A stretch of 64,000 nucleotides of DNA from Haliotis rufescens (GCF_023055435.1 NW_025964383.1:10168001-10232000), one strand, 5' to 3'. Counted from the stretch's first letter, positions 1 to 13,282 are shown. Numbers and translations: made by a program. The notes: generated by a model not told the origin, from the letters alone.

Positions 1-14
1 GTCACACAGCGGAT

Positions 15-480
15 GGGGGGCACGGGTGCCCCAGTCGTCTAAGGCGCCGCGATTCGCTGTGCAGAGTTGCGTCCCTTGGGCACGCCAGAAACCTATGATT
101 GTGGGTTCGAATCCAGGTTCGCCCCGATTATGTTTCAAGGTTTGTCAGCACCATACCCGTGCTCGTGGGTTTCACCGAAGAGGTAAACGTCTGAGACCTG
201 CATCAGTTCGGGCTTTCCTTCCACATTAAGGGGGCGGTCGGGTAGCCTAGTGGTTAAAGCGTTCGCTCTTCACGCCGAAGACCCGGGTTCGATTCCCGAC
301 ATGGGTACAATGTGTGAAGCCCATTTCTGGTGTCCCCCGCCATGATATTGCTGGAATATTGCTAAAAGCGGCGTAAAACCAAACTCACTCACTCACTCAC
401 TCCACATTAAGCTGACACGCCGCGATATAACTTGAATACTGTTAAAAGCGGCGTTAAACCCAACTCACTCACTCATTCAC
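15..480 (+). mobile_element. tRNA-derived SINE family B, interrupted by a nested family A SINE
   Basis: A-box-like AGTCGTCTAAGG, B-box GGTTCGAATCC, (ACTC)n tail; 13-bp TSD TCACACAGCGGAT at 2-14 and 481-493. Confidence 0.85.
231..400 (+). mobile_element. tRNA-derived SINE family A (nested)
   Basis: TAGCCTAGTGG and GGTTCGATTCC boxes, (ACTC)n tail; 11-bp TSD TCCACATTAAG at 220-230 and 401-411. Confidence 0.88.
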
Positions 481-1080
481 TCACACAGCGGATCCATCAC
501 TAAATATTGGGACAGCCATGCTATCAAACAGACAACAGAAGCAGGTTAAGATCAATTCAGCTGTTATTCCAAATCTGACTAAGATATTCAATGTCTTTTC
601 TCGTGGTTTGCATGCTTCTTTGACAGCTTTGGGCAAACATTACAACCAGGTTCTTGTGAGCAGTTACTGTTTCCAAACTGTTACCAGAAAACCACCAGTT
701 TTTCAGCTTGCTTGATCACATCAATTCTGTAGGCTGAAACAACTTAGATTTGGAAATTGAACCTTCATGCCATAATGTTTTCCCTCGGCTTCAACTTGAT
801 CTTTGAGTCTCACCACAGAGTCATATATATTTACAATATAATCAGCAAATACGGGGGGTTTATGTTGCCCAAACAAATATGTTATAAAAACCTAGCATTA
901 AGATATTGATTGTATGTCACAATGACCATCATCCCTGTGTAACACTGGTCTCTCGTATTAACTTTGAAACACAAAGCTCAGTCAAGTTTTATATCTAATG
1001 TTAATAACAACAAACAATACTTAAACTTGATTATATGGAGGTAAAACCGTTTTCGAAGAGCCCATTCCCTTCCGTAAGCG

Positions 1081-1428
1081 GACCGCCTCCGTGGTCTAAT
1101 GGTAGAGCGTCCGCCCGGAGAGTGGAAGGTCCGGGGTTCGATCACCAGCTGCGTCATACCAAAAGACGTTAAAAGATGGTAATTGTTGTAACCCTGTCTG
1201 GTGCTCGGCATTAAGAGGCTAAAACAAGGACTGGTCGGCTCGGGTCAGTATACTTTATCTGAGCGGGGTATTCATGTTAAACTGCGGCATGGTATCTCAG
1301 TGTGCTAGCACTATAAATCGGCATCAGTCTGGACTAGTAGAAGCAGCCATACACACACACATACAGTGCATGCCCGTCGCTATATAAGTGTAATAATCTT
1401 CGACGCGACGTTAAACCTCACCTCACCT
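1081..1428 (+). mobile_element. tRNA-derived SINE family C
   Basis: TGGTCTAATGG and GGTTCGATCAC boxes, central gtcataccaaaagacgttaaaagatggta domain, GTTAAAC(CTCAC)n tail. An inverted copy lies at 3058-3425. Confidence 0.75.
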
Positions 1429-2740
1429 TCCATTAGCAAAACTACTCAGTTGCTCCCACACCGACTCTTCACCGCCACACACCACAGCTCTAGTCATATA
1501 TCTCTCCAGCATTTATCATACCTCCTTATACCTACTTTACAAACACTGACCTCGACAACATGAACGACGGACGAGTTATACTAATTTTATTAAGAAAAAG
1601 GATGTAGCTTCCAAACACTGATAAATATCTGAATACATATTGCTTCGGGGGGGGGGGGGGGGGGGGGGGGGGAGTTAATGCACACCACGTGAACAACACT
1701 GTTTGGCATTCAACATCACATATAACCCCACATTTGTTCGACGCTGAACAAAACCTATCACAAGAACTCGTCAGTGGCGGTGAATAGGGCGACCGTCAGA
1801 GACAAGACACAGACAGGATTTAACCTCATTTTGGATATTACGATACGATATAATCACGCGGTCATGTTGACCCAAAAGCTGGGTTATGCGAGAGCGAGGA
1901 ATTAGTAAATGAATTAATGTATCATCTTGGTTGATACTTTTTGATGAATCCATTTAATAGTGTGACTGAGTGATGTTTTATGCTGCTTTAATATTAGAGA
2001 AACACCACGTTGAGTCAACTTGACGGGAAAGAAAACATGAAATGAGGCACGTCCTAGACACTCCCACTTTGGGGGAAAGTTTCGAAAGTGTAGTATGGTG
2101 CTGAAATAGGCGTAATTGGAAGAATCTGAAATCATTGGGTTCTGTCACGCCTGTGGCATACAACTCTGCTCAGCAACAGATATAGACGAGTTGGCGACCA
2201 GTTGCCCCATCAACAATAGAGTTATCATTCAGAAGCTGGTTACTCAGCTGGATATGGTTATTTTCTATTGAAAACAATAAATTATTACAATATGGCTACT
2301 GAGGCGGTGATATTTTTAAAATAATAAAGGGGTTTCATTATTTCAGCTACATGACATATTATTATCTTACCATATTACGCTGGTAACTGTTTGATGGGTG
2401 TGCTAATGGTGTTTGAAGAACCATGGTTGGTGCGTAATATAACGGCCTCTGTTCCATTATTTTTAAGGAATGGGGAGTCACTCGGACATTCCCCTGTACG
2501 TAGTAGTCAGAGATCACAGTAAATGAGAGACAGACAGAAACAAATGCATCTTCTTTATTTACGAACTTTCAAGGATTTGAAACCTTACAGAATTGTGGAA
2601 TGTATTGATGCGACTCTTGAATATATTATAGGATTATTATCGTCATTCGTTTCACAGTCGTGACGCATGTTCACTAATAAATGAGTAAATATCTCCGGGT
2701 CACAATCTGTTAGATGTTCCCAGGTATAGTTAAAGCGATA

Positions 2741-2755
2741 TTCCCGGGGAAGTCC
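2741..2755 (+). promoter_or_regulatory. NF-kB-like site upstream of gene 1 (TTCCCGGGGAAGTCC)
   Basis: The same context (attcccggggaag..c(c)tggc) recurs upstream of gene 2 at 8861-8881. Confidence 0.45.
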
Positions 2756-3057
2756 TGGCTGACATTTGACACGACCGTATTATAATGACTGTATGTATGT
2801 CTCAGTTACATAAACAACGATCACAGAGATGCAGACTTACATGGAACACGTCTGAGGGACGTCTAACGCGTCTGGCACGTCCGAGGGATACAACTCTTCA
2901 CAGCGAAACACAACGCTCCCTTGTACAAGGCAATCAGTGTCCCCATTACAAATGAATTATCATTCAGAAGCGTTTCTAGTAAGCCGATTGCATAGAATGG
3001 TATGGCTATTTTCTTTTGCAGGGGGGTGAGTTCTTTCCAGGGATCTTTTGCCATGAT

Positions 3058-3097
3058 GTTGTTTGTTTTACGTTTGTTATACCATGTTGCTTTGTTG

Positions 3098-3132
<35 letters not shown>

Positions 3133-3135
3133 GAG

Positions 3136-3182
<47 letters not shown>

Positions 3183-3425
3183 CTGCTTGTACTAGTCTTG
3201 ACTAATGCCGAGTTTATAGTACTAGCCCACTGAGATACCATGCCACAGTTTAACATGGATACCCCACTCAGAGACAGTAAACTGACTCCGAGTCGACTAA
3301 TCCTCTTTTTAACCCCTTGATGCAGGCTACAAAAAGTTCTTACTTTATCATTTTGGTATGACGCCACCGGTGATCGAACCTCCGACCTTCCGGTCTCCGG
3401 GTACACGCTCCACCACTAGACCACT
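3058..3425 (-). mobile_element. SINE family C with an expanded internal (CA)n
   Basis: Reverse-complement match to 1081-1360; (GT)n at about 3097-3181. Confidence 0.72.
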
Positions 3426-3539
3426 TCAGTTGATAAGATAACAATCATCATTTGTTTTAGAATCGTGATTCATGTTCATTGAATGATACATGTTACCGGG
3501 TCACACTAAATCGACGCAATCGAGACAGCTGGATATGAA

Positions 3540-3550
3540 GGGGAAGTCCC
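3540..3550 (+). promoter_or_regulatory. NF-kB site GGGGAAGTCCC upstream of gene 1
   Basis: Fits GGGRNNYYCC and lies in a second copy of the 2640-2760 module. Confidence 0.5.
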
Positions 3551-4515
3551 TCTCCGATATCACTAAGCGTTGGTTTGTTGACTATCCGTCCAACAACACT
3601 TCTCGGCAGTGAGCAGTGAGCAGTAGATGTAAGGTCTTTCTTTCTTAATATATTTACAACATCAGTTGATTAACAGTGTCTTATCGATATAATTTCTTTT
3701 GTTAACAGATCATCATATAGTTATTTTTTACTTTCTATTACGTACACAGCCATAACTCTATGAGCATATATATATAGTATATACAGTAATAGATAGAGAT
3801 ATATAGAGATAGAATATATGCAGAAGCGTTGTTGCTGGTGAGTTCCACCATTTAATCTTAACCGTTAAAACAGCGTTTTTGCAAACATTATGAAAGTGTG
3901 TGAAATGCACATCCAAGCTATCGTAGCAACGATATCGACTCGATCCGTGTCAAGGCAGGCATATACAGTTCGCAGCAATCAGTGAATTTCCCTACGTATT
4001 TATTTAACACATGTTTACAATCACCTTTCAATACGGCTTATTGATCAAAGATGACTTACTCTAGTCCTGTAATCGCCACAGGTTCATCAACAACTTTCTC
4101 CCGTCACTCTTATCGCGTCTCACATTTTGACGTCTTGGTGTAAATAACTTGCATTGTGACTGTCTTACTTGGGTACAATTTAACAGACCTTTTACATCTA
4201 ATTACGATATTATTTGAATATAATTCTTGTAAACATATTGCAAAAGATGTTTCTGTAGAACAATACGTTAATACCACATCTCCTTTTGAGGAACTACGTC
4301 ATTCCGCGATATAGATGGCTGTTGTATGTCTGCCAGTGTAAACAAGAAGGCACACGTACTGTTTAAAAGTGTGTTTGGAACTTCATCCTTCGAGGTACAA
4401 AATGGTGATATCAAAAAGCGCCGACGTCCATACAGTTTGGCCCACACTCTCTGACGGTTCATGTTCCATTGAACTCACACAAAGTGAAAGACAATTCTTA
4501 AATAAACATCTATAT

Positions 4516-4720
4516 ACATATATGAGTGCATTTCTCATTGGCAATTACATTAAAATCTATAGGAATAGAATTTCCGTCGTGCCATTATTGTGTGAATATC
4601 TTTATATGTATGTGCTACACATATATGAGTGCACTTCTCAGTGACAATTACATTAAATTCTATAGGAATAGAATTTCCGTCGTGCCATTATTGTGTGAAT
4701 ATCTTTATATGTATGTGCTA
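4516..4720. repeat. 103-bp tandem duplication upstream of the gene 1 first coding exon
   Basis: atgagtgca begins at 4522 and 4625; the two copies are near-identical. Confidence 0.9.
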
Positions 4721-4996
4721 CTGTACACCAGTGAATCTCACCTATGAAGTATATGTGCGCGCGTGTGTGTATATGATTAAACGTTACCACAAGTCATATA
4801 TTAAAAAAATGTTATCATTGCACCCTCAAATTTGTCCACATGCCTGTATTAAACAGGTCAAAGAGAATACAAGCTTGAACTGTCTACTAGGTCCGCCATT
4901 CCTCAACATTTCCGACAAATCAGGGTGATTTGGTTTCTAATTGGTTTGTTGTTTGTTTCAGACAGGAGCATGTGACGTTACATTTTAGCATTCATT

Positions 4997-6374
4997 ATGA
5001 ACAAACGTATGAAAGTTGGATTTGCTTTCATATTTATTTTGAACATAGCTGTAGGAATTGCAGTTGTTTGTCAAATGGTGTCACGACAAACCAAAAAGCA
5101 ATCACAAGGTCAGCTTACAAAGGAACAAATCGACAATGTAAGTAACAATTTAAGGATGTACTTTTCACTCATAATATTTCACATATATATATTATTAATA
5201 TTCAAAGTGTATATCTATTTGGGAGGACGAAAATGATAAATAGAAGGAATGGATAAAAAGTAACGTACATGTGTCTGGACTGTTGGTCTTTTGTTATTTA
5301 TTCTGCACATCACACTGTTATCCATTCTGACATGTGTTGCAGATATACATGGAACACGTAACAACCATTGCTATGCCCAGTCTTACACGGACAAGTGAGT
5401 TGAATACACCAAAATGAAAAACGAGAAACACGTTCACCAGAATGTTAAACGTTCTGTTGCAATGATAATTGTTTTCATTATAGAGAAAGCTAATTTGGTA
5501 ATAATATTAATGTGAAGATAACATATTTTATTGACACGCTCCCTGTTTGTGTGAAAATATATCTTCAATTTGTTACAGATGTAGAAAAACCGACCATATC
5601 AGCAGAATTCCTCAATTTATTAAAGCCTATAGCCTACTTCCCGGGACTAGACTTTAGTCACACTGATGGTAAACTAACTTCATATTATGAATTAAAAAAT
5701 GAATATAATAAAAACGGTGTAAATAGAGTGTAAATAGAGTATATATATATATCATACAGTATACAGCAAATAAGAACAAATTCAGTCGGATAAGATATTA
5801 CATTAAGATTGACACTGTCAGATATATTTGGAACTTTTCTTTATAATTACTTTCTTAACAAATTACCCCATGGCCAGAACCATTGGATAGTCAGGTTTGT
5901 ACAAATCCATTATTCATATTATCTGTTAATTTTGATATTGATTCTTCAGATAAAACCCTTACAGACACACCATTAAGAAACTGGGTACCTTTTGTCGGAC
6001 CAGAGAGACAACTTTTGTACAACGGGATGAAGTATGAGAATGGCAGCATCACAGTGCCCGCCACTGGAGTATATGCCGTATATAGCCACATCAAGTTTTA
6101 CACAGAAAGAAATAATCATGACGATGCTGAGTCTGATTTTCATCATAGTATAACACGGTACAGTGCACTGAAGCAAAATGGAGAAGCAGTTTTGAGGAAT
6201 GTCATCAGCGAGAACAAAAACAGCATCATTGATGGAGCAAGTCTGGAGTACTCCAGTGATGTTCATGGTTTGGTGCAGCTGGACGCTGGTGATCAGCTGC
6301 TGGTGAAAGTATCAGGGATGAATCCACTGAGACATGACAGGGACTGGCATTATTTTGGAGTATACATGACGTGA
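4997..6374 (+). CDS. TNF superfamily ligand, gene 1 (235 aa); coding exons 4997-5137, 5343-5394, 5579-5668, 5950-6374
   Basis: Exons join in frame via GT..AG (141+52+90+425=708 nt). N-terminal MNKRMKVGFAFIFILNIAVGIAVVC anchor; exon 3 KPIAYF; exon 4 THD motifs TGVYAVYSHIKF, QLDAGDQLLVKV, WHYFGVYMT*. Splice acceptor at 4960-4961 upstream of the ATG implies a non-coding 5' exon. Confidence 0.9.
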
Positions 6375-6386
6375 TGGTTCCCTACT

Positions 6387-6404
6387 GGCAATTTTACAGT
6401 TGTC
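6387..6404 (+). promoter_or_regulatory. Conserved 3'UTR stem-loop (gene 1)
   Basis: GGCAATT-TTAC-AGTTGTC, 12 nt after the stop; homologues follow all seven stops. Confidence 0.6.
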
Positions 6405-8643
6405 GAGGTTAAGGAGGTGTAATGAACATGTGCATGTGATGTATACATTATAAATGGATTCTGGGAATACACGAAAATGGCACATTGATAACAATTTGAA
6501 ACCATCAAGCTTTGTGTCGCAATTAATACCCTGACACAAACACAAATGTGAATAATTGTGTGTGAGTAGTTTGTAAAAAGGCAAGAACAATTAAATTTTG
6601 GTAGTTAATAATGTATTCCGAGGCAAATGATACCTTTAATGTCTGTCTACCAGCGTGTGTGAATACACGTTTGTATGTCAATCTGGCTATGAGCCGACTC
6701 TTTCTTCATACTTCGTCGTTAGATGTCCCTCCTTATTACTTCGTGCCAAGAACATTACATTTTATGTCATTTATATATATTCGACAATATAATACATGCA
6801 TAGTTAGACAGAATATTTCAAATAAATTATTTGTTTAATATAACTTTAGAATATGTCAGCATTGGAAACGAATGTGAAACTTCGGTTTATGAGATTCGAC
6901 AAGTTTGACCATCAGTATGTTACGTAATGTATTTCACAGTTTCTCTACTGTCATCTTAATCAATTAAACATACTTGGTTGATAGAACCTATTACTCCCTT
7001 CATAGTCATTAAGATGCGTTGCACATACCGTTAAATAACTTCCAGTGAACTTTAAGCAACATTTTGAATGTGTAATGTTATACATATGTGTGTTAGAAGA
7101 AGATTATATCTGATTCATATGCATTCAGCATGATTGAAAAATAATTTTTTTGTCGTCCAAACTCGCCAGATAGTTTATAAGATATAGTTAGGAGATTGTG
7201 ATTTTAAACGTGTCTTGTCTTTGGTGTGGACATTGTCTTGGATTAACAACCGTTCCAATTGTTGACGATAATCTTAAACTTTCTTCAAATAAAACATATC
7301 TTCTGTGACAAGGACAGATGTGTGTTTTTATATCTGTTCAACCCTGATCAAGTGTATTACACGGTCGGGTCAGCAACGTTGGATATCTGTTTATAACGTA
7401 CCCGCTACATGGTCAACAATGATACTTTTGATATTGCCGTTTAGGTATTAAGTAACCGTATGTTGCAGTTTTTCAATATATCGCATAATTTAGCGTGACA
7501 CAAAGCCAAAAACATAGCATTTCGGTGTTCGTATGCCAGTCGTTAAGGTCGGATGATAATGAGAAGAGCATACAAGTTTATAGCTGACGTCAACACGCTA
7601 TAGAGTACACTTTCCTGACATAACTATAGACAACTTTAGATACACGTGATCTCATCTTGCAAGAATGGAGTAATTATTGAGGACGTACAGAATAACCTAA
7701 CATGTTCTCCCATCCTGACTCAGTGCCGTTTCCCAAACAAAATGAAAACAGATGTCATTTACATTGTTTGATAGTTGTATCGGATGTATGTACAACTTCA
7801 TAGTTATTAATTTGTACCTGGATTCTGGATGTCAACTAAAGAAACGGAGACACGGTAAAGCAGTGTGTTTCAGATAGAAAGTATTTGTGTTAACGCTGGG
7901 CCAGACCTTAGACTACAAAAGCAAATGTGTAATAACAAGGCGTGACTCCGTGTTTGAGTGGTGATAAGGTGACTGCTGTCGCAGTGTGTTTTCATAAAAT
8001 AACCTTCACATACCCTTGAGTAAATTGATCTTCTCCATTATATTATAACATTTAATGACGTTTTTTCAATACATGAATTAAATTCACAGGTGTATGCATA
8101 TGGAAGATGTTACCAGTGAATGACCAGAAATATTTTCTTTCCGCTTACTTGTGTTGTAGGCGAAGGTAAAAGAGCCCATCAATACAGGTTTTCAACACTG
8201 TTATGCTTTCCTTACATTTCTTTACAAAGGACATCGATTTCACATGACTGTTTATCAATGCGCATGCATAGAGTACGTCCTATAAATACCGAGTAAATTC
8301 TATAGATAGCATATATGTCATCATTCCACGAAAGTGAGACACTGTAAGTGACATCCATATAAGGCAATATTTGTACTCCTGGTGAACATTCAGTCAACAG
8401 GTGTGTTATTCGTTGAGGACGTTGCCAGGATACGCTTCCTGATCACACATGCTGTGAGAGAAGGTGGAATATCTCGAGTACGTAAGTATATAAGACGGCT
8501 ACTCTTAATGAGTATTTATTGAAAAAGTCAGCAATACATATGAAACTATACAGAAACTGGGCAACATTATTCAAGCGTTGTCACGATGACCTAACAAATG
8601 AAAGTCTTGTTTCTATTTAGATACTTTCGGGTAATATACAGTA

Positions 8644-8799
8644 CTGTTTACAAAATAGCCCCTATCTCCATGTATCTACAAACCCCTCTCGTCATTTTTG
8701 ATTGTTTGCACCCTTACAATGCTGTTTACAAAATAGCCCCTATCTCCATGTATCTACAAACCCCTCTCGTCATTTTTGATTGTTTGCACCCTTACAATG
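8644..8799. repeat. 78-bp exact tandem duplication
   Basis: ctgtttacaaaatagcccc...cccttacaatg at 8644 and 8722. Confidence 0.92.
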
Positions 8800-8822
8800 C
8801 ACCGCGTCCACGTCAAGTTGAT

Positions 8823-8877
8823 TGTGACGTCACACCTGGTCCATAACACCTAGCGCTAGTATTCCCGGGGAAGCCCC
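8823..8877 (+). promoter_or_regulatory. Perfect CRE (TGTGACGTCACA, 8823-8834) plus kB-like GGGGAAGCCCC (8867-8877) upstream of gene 2
   Basis: Motif match about 1 kb upstream of the gene 2 ATG. Confidence 0.5.
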
Positions 8878-9830
8878 TGGCCTACCCTTTGTCCAAACCA
8901 CTATCACAATCACTGCATGCATTTTTCTTAAAAAGCAACAACAACAAAGGCAACAAATACACAAAATGATGAGGAACATGAACATACATGTGTAATATAC
9001 TCTGGATTGATAGCAATAATATGTCTAACATACCACAGCATGGTCATGCACGAGAACTATGTTTTGTATTGATTCAATGTATTACTACGCGAGGCCTATT
9101 TATTGTTATCAATGCAAATTCGTCTCGGTCGTGAGCGGACGTGAACGGTATATGTAAGGTTAAGATTATTAATATTAGGAACAGTTGTTGATTAAGTTTG
9201 TCTTACGAAGTATGTTTAATAAGATTCACTTTACTATCTGTACATGTACACAAGTGTGTGTCCAATTGCTGTTTTAATGTAGCTAATAACTAATTTGTGT
9301 GTGAGGGTGTGGGTGCGTGCGTCTGTATGCATGTATGTGTGTATGTAATGTATTCATGCAGCAGTGTGTGTCTGTGTGTGGATGTATGTATGATAGGTAT
9401 AGGGTACACGTTTGTACACGTGCCATATCTGTAAAAACTGTTGTAATGTGTTTGGTATCAAGGATACGTGTCTGGTCAGTCTGTCTGTCTGTCTGTCTGT
9501 CAAGTATATGTTAACCGTTTGTACACATGGCAGATATTGTAGTGCATTTGATGTAAAGGATAAGTGTCTGAAGTATATGTTAACCGTTTGAACACATGGT
9601 AGTTATGTTAAAACTGTTGTAGTGTGTTTGGTGTCAAGGAAGGCACTTCTATACATCATATCGCGCTCAAGATAGTCCACGTACCTGCATTAACAGAGAA
9701 TATAATTACATATTACAATTACATAGATATGCATAAGTGTCTGATAAGTCCTTCGCTTCCCAAAAGTTCGGAATCGGAAATTGATTTCGGCGATATCTAA
9801 TTGTAGTTTGTTTATGCTTCAGACTACAGT

Positions 9831-11674
9831 ATGGAGACGCTTGAGAAAATGTTCTTTGCTTCCATATCTATTTTGAACATAGCTGTAGGAATTGCAGTTA
9901 TTTGTCAAATGGCGCCACGACTGGCTGATCAGCAACCACATTTGCATCCTTCCACCTCCACTCAGAATATGAAGGAAGCAATTGACAAGGTCCGTACAAA
10001 CTTTTAAATATGTTTTCATTCATAACATTTAAAATTAATTATAGTAGTACTAATATACAACTTTTATTCTTGGAAATGATGATATGATATTACTAAATAG
10101 ACGGAATAAAGCGCCCATATATTCTATCATATGGATGGCAGTACATCACATTTTCTTTCAGGTTGCGAAGTGTAAATAATATTTTTAAAACAATAAGTTG
10201 TATATCGGGATATTGATAATATAATGCATGAAAGAATAATATACTTGATCTAAACAACATTTAAATGAGACACACCCCGAAAATGCAAAACGTCAAAACT
10301 CACTGGTATCTCTATTATTGTAGGCATACACGGAATGCCTACGAAAATTGCCAGACAGGAACACAAAGAAAAGTAATGGTAAGTTAAATATATTTTAACA
10401 CCTAGCACGTCATATTTGTACACGTAGCATCCTTTCTATTCCTAGAAATGTTGATGTCCAAATAAGTTATGCAAAATTGCAGTTTTCAATAAAAATCGTA
10501 TTCATTGCACATGTTCCTTATGCATAAGCGCGATTTTACTTTGGTTGGTTGGTTTGGTGTTTAACGCCGGTCTCAGCAATATTCCAGCTATATGACGGCG
10601 GTCTGTAAATAATCAAATCTGGACCAGACAATCCAGTGATCGATATCATCGATCTACGCGATTGGGATCAATGACATGCATCAACCAAGTTATAATTAGC
10701 GAGCCTGACCACCCGATCCCGTTAGTCGCCTCTCACGACAAGCATAGTCGCCTTTTAAGGCAATCAATGGTTGCTGAAGACTTATTCTATCCCGGATTTT
10801 CTATGGAGTTTTAATGTGTTACAGATGTAGGGAGAGAGTACATTCCCCCGCATCTTTACAGCCTACTGAAACCTGATGCATTCTACTCGGGGCTGAACAT
10901 CACTGACCTTGGCAAAGGTAAGGACCTGTCATCATATGATGTTGCACCACATGGGAATACAACGACAGCTAAGTACTGCGTTATAAACACCATATGGTCA
11001 TATGTAATACTTTCCTGTCAATTCGTTCTCACTGCTGACATCACACATTGGTCGAAGGAAATTGATCTCAGGAACAAATAAACAATTACCATGTTTTATC
11101 GGCTATACGTATCGTGTAAAACACGAAAGGTGGTTTATAGCTTTACATCGCCTACGTTTTTGGAATCTTATTTACGTTTTACAGATTCAAATTCATTCAC
11201 AAAAAAATAGGTATGTGCTAAATTTAAATTAATTCTTCAGAGCACCCCTATAAACTCACTCCTGCCAGAGGATGGGCCGCACAAACTATGGTCGGGCAAG
11301 AGAGACAAGTCTTGTACAACGGAATGCAGTATGAGAACGGGAGCATCATAGTCCCTGCAGCCGGTGTTTATGTCGTGTACAGCCATGTTACATTTAACAC
11401 TGAAGCATATCGTCACGATGACAAAGAGACTGACTTCTATCACCTCATAGTCCGCTATAATGCGGAGAAACAAGAGGAGAATATCGCACTTAAGAACGTA
11501 GTTATCGAGAATAGCTATGGGATGAGATTGATTGACGGGGATGGCTTGTTATCTAGTGACATCCGTGGAATACTGGAGCTCAATGCTGGGGATCAACTTC
11601 GTGTTGACTTATCAGGAGTATCGAAATTAAGCTCTGTTACGGATTGGTTTTACTTTGGCGTTTACATGATCTGA
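9831..11674 (+). CDS. TNF superfamily ligand, gene 2 (246 aa, most divergent); coding exons 9831-9989, 10324-10378, 10825-10917, 11241-11674
   Basis: METLEKMFFASISILNIAVGIAVIC; exon 3 LLKPDAFYSGL; exon 4 AGVYVVYSHVTF ... LELNAGDQLRV ... WFYFGVYMI*. 159+55+93+434=741 nt in frame. First donor GTCCGT is weak. Confidence 0.87.
10540..10800 (-). mobile_element. SINE/LINE-tail repeat family D in gene 2 intron 2
   Basis: tttaacgcc..ctcagcaatattccagctatatgacggcggtctgtaaataatc; related copies at 19515-19670 (-), 20058-20170 (-) and 27655-27807 (+). Confidence 0.7.
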
Positions 11675-11684
11675 AGTACCTTCT

Positions 11685-11703
11685 GGCGATCTAGTCGGTC
11701 GTT
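11685..11703 (+). promoter_or_regulatory. Conserved 3'UTR stem-loop (gene 2)
   Basis: GGCGATC-TAGTC-GGTCGTT, with a compensatory G-C replacing the A-U pair of the paralogs. Confidence 0.6.
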
Positions 11704-13282
11704 GGGATATGAAGGGACCAAGACTCTCAGAGAGCTGAATATATGTATTAACGGTGTTCAACATTGATGTGTATAACAGATTGAAAAATAGATACAGATA
11801 TTTTTATTTGATGTATATGGAGGGTGATGATAGCGTTCGCATTAAAACTTTGTCAGTCACTGTCAATTATATTTTGTTTTGTAGCATGCATGTACAAACT
11901 TAAATATCGATTATATTCGTATTCGTATGATCCTAATTATCAACACGTGACAGCGATTTCCAGGATAAACAAATTACATTCAAACCTTATGTTTGATATT
12001 TGGTTATACAATTATGTGTTGAATGATCTAGGCGTTATGTTGAAACACATCCATCTCTGCTCTGTTACGAACATATATAATCGAGTGTCTTCCCTCAGTC
12101 AAAGAAATGTTTTAGTAGTCTCTAGAGGAAGACCAGTCGCACCACAAGCACATACATTACAGCTACCCTAGCATATTAGGTAGTTGGGACTGCATATGCA
12201 TGTGTGATATGCGAACACATATGAAGTCAAAGTTAGATAGTTTTACTACTTGTAGTGACCTATTTGAAATTGCCCAAGGATCCGAAACTCAGTGAAGTAA
12301 GTGAGTGGTGCTAATCATATCCCATCAAAATCACGGCGGAGGACAAAAGAAAAGGGCTTTACACATTATAACCATAAGGGGAACCGAACGCAGTTGTTCA
12401 GCGTGACGATCGATCGTTTTACGTAATATGCCTCCCATCGCTCTGCACATACTACACACCATGTGTCCTCCAGTGAGAGCCGACTGTTCACCGCGAGGAA
12501 CCTACACAGTGTGATAGAGACTGACGTTGCAACATAATCTATACATAGAAAGGTTACAGTGACCTAACATATAGCTCATAGTTGTTGTATGACAAGCGCT
12601 CTACAATGGATATTCCCGGATAAAACGGATCGAGACGAGTATATTGTCTAATTGCAGAAAAATAGCATTGCATTTTTAATATAGTAAAAATAAAAAAAGG
12701 ACACAGCACTGGAGTACAAATGTATTCCTGCGCCACTGTGGTCTTAGCAAGATCAAGGTTAGTAAATCTAAAATGGGTTCATATCGTCATCAAGAAATGA
12801 TAGTCAGATGAGCATGTAAACAAATCATGACAGCTTACGAATATTCAGGCTACATTGAAGTTAGATAATATATTTTTAAGGGGTTTCGTCAAGTTGAGGA
12901 CAATCGCAGATGATGCAACTATTTTAACAGCCTTTGTCCTGACTTGATATCCTCCGCTGGAGATATAAATAGAAGCGGCGCGAAGGCCGTGTTTCAAGTC
13001 GTGACCAGTGCGTACAACTGGCGACAAGTATCCCAGTACGTCGTGAGGACAGTCACGGTGATTGCGAAATTATGGCTTCACGGGCATACGCTTGTCTGTT
13101 CAAAATAATCATATCTGCATAAATTAGATTTGACATGTATTTTGTACAGATGCATATATAGTGATGCACTGAAAGGTAATACCAACATATTATATGCACA
13201 ACGATGATAAAAAGGATAAGTTGATATATTACATGTGTATAAACGCAAATCATAGGAAAATATATTCATCTCTGTTGTGTTT

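Noticed and set aside
231-305. tRNA genes at SINE heads (also 15-127, 1081-1150, 20389-20469)
   Set aside because: No proper cloverleaf, and each continues into a repeated body or tail, some with TSDs.
5891-6266. Antisense ORFs over the THD exons (and equivalents in genes 2-7)
   Set aside because: Shadow frames of the TNF exons with no independent protein signature.
6375-6830. Classical clustered AU-rich elements as in mammalian TNF
   Set aside because: No overlapping UUAUUUAUU cluster seen by eye; isolated ATTTA is expected in AT-rich DNA.
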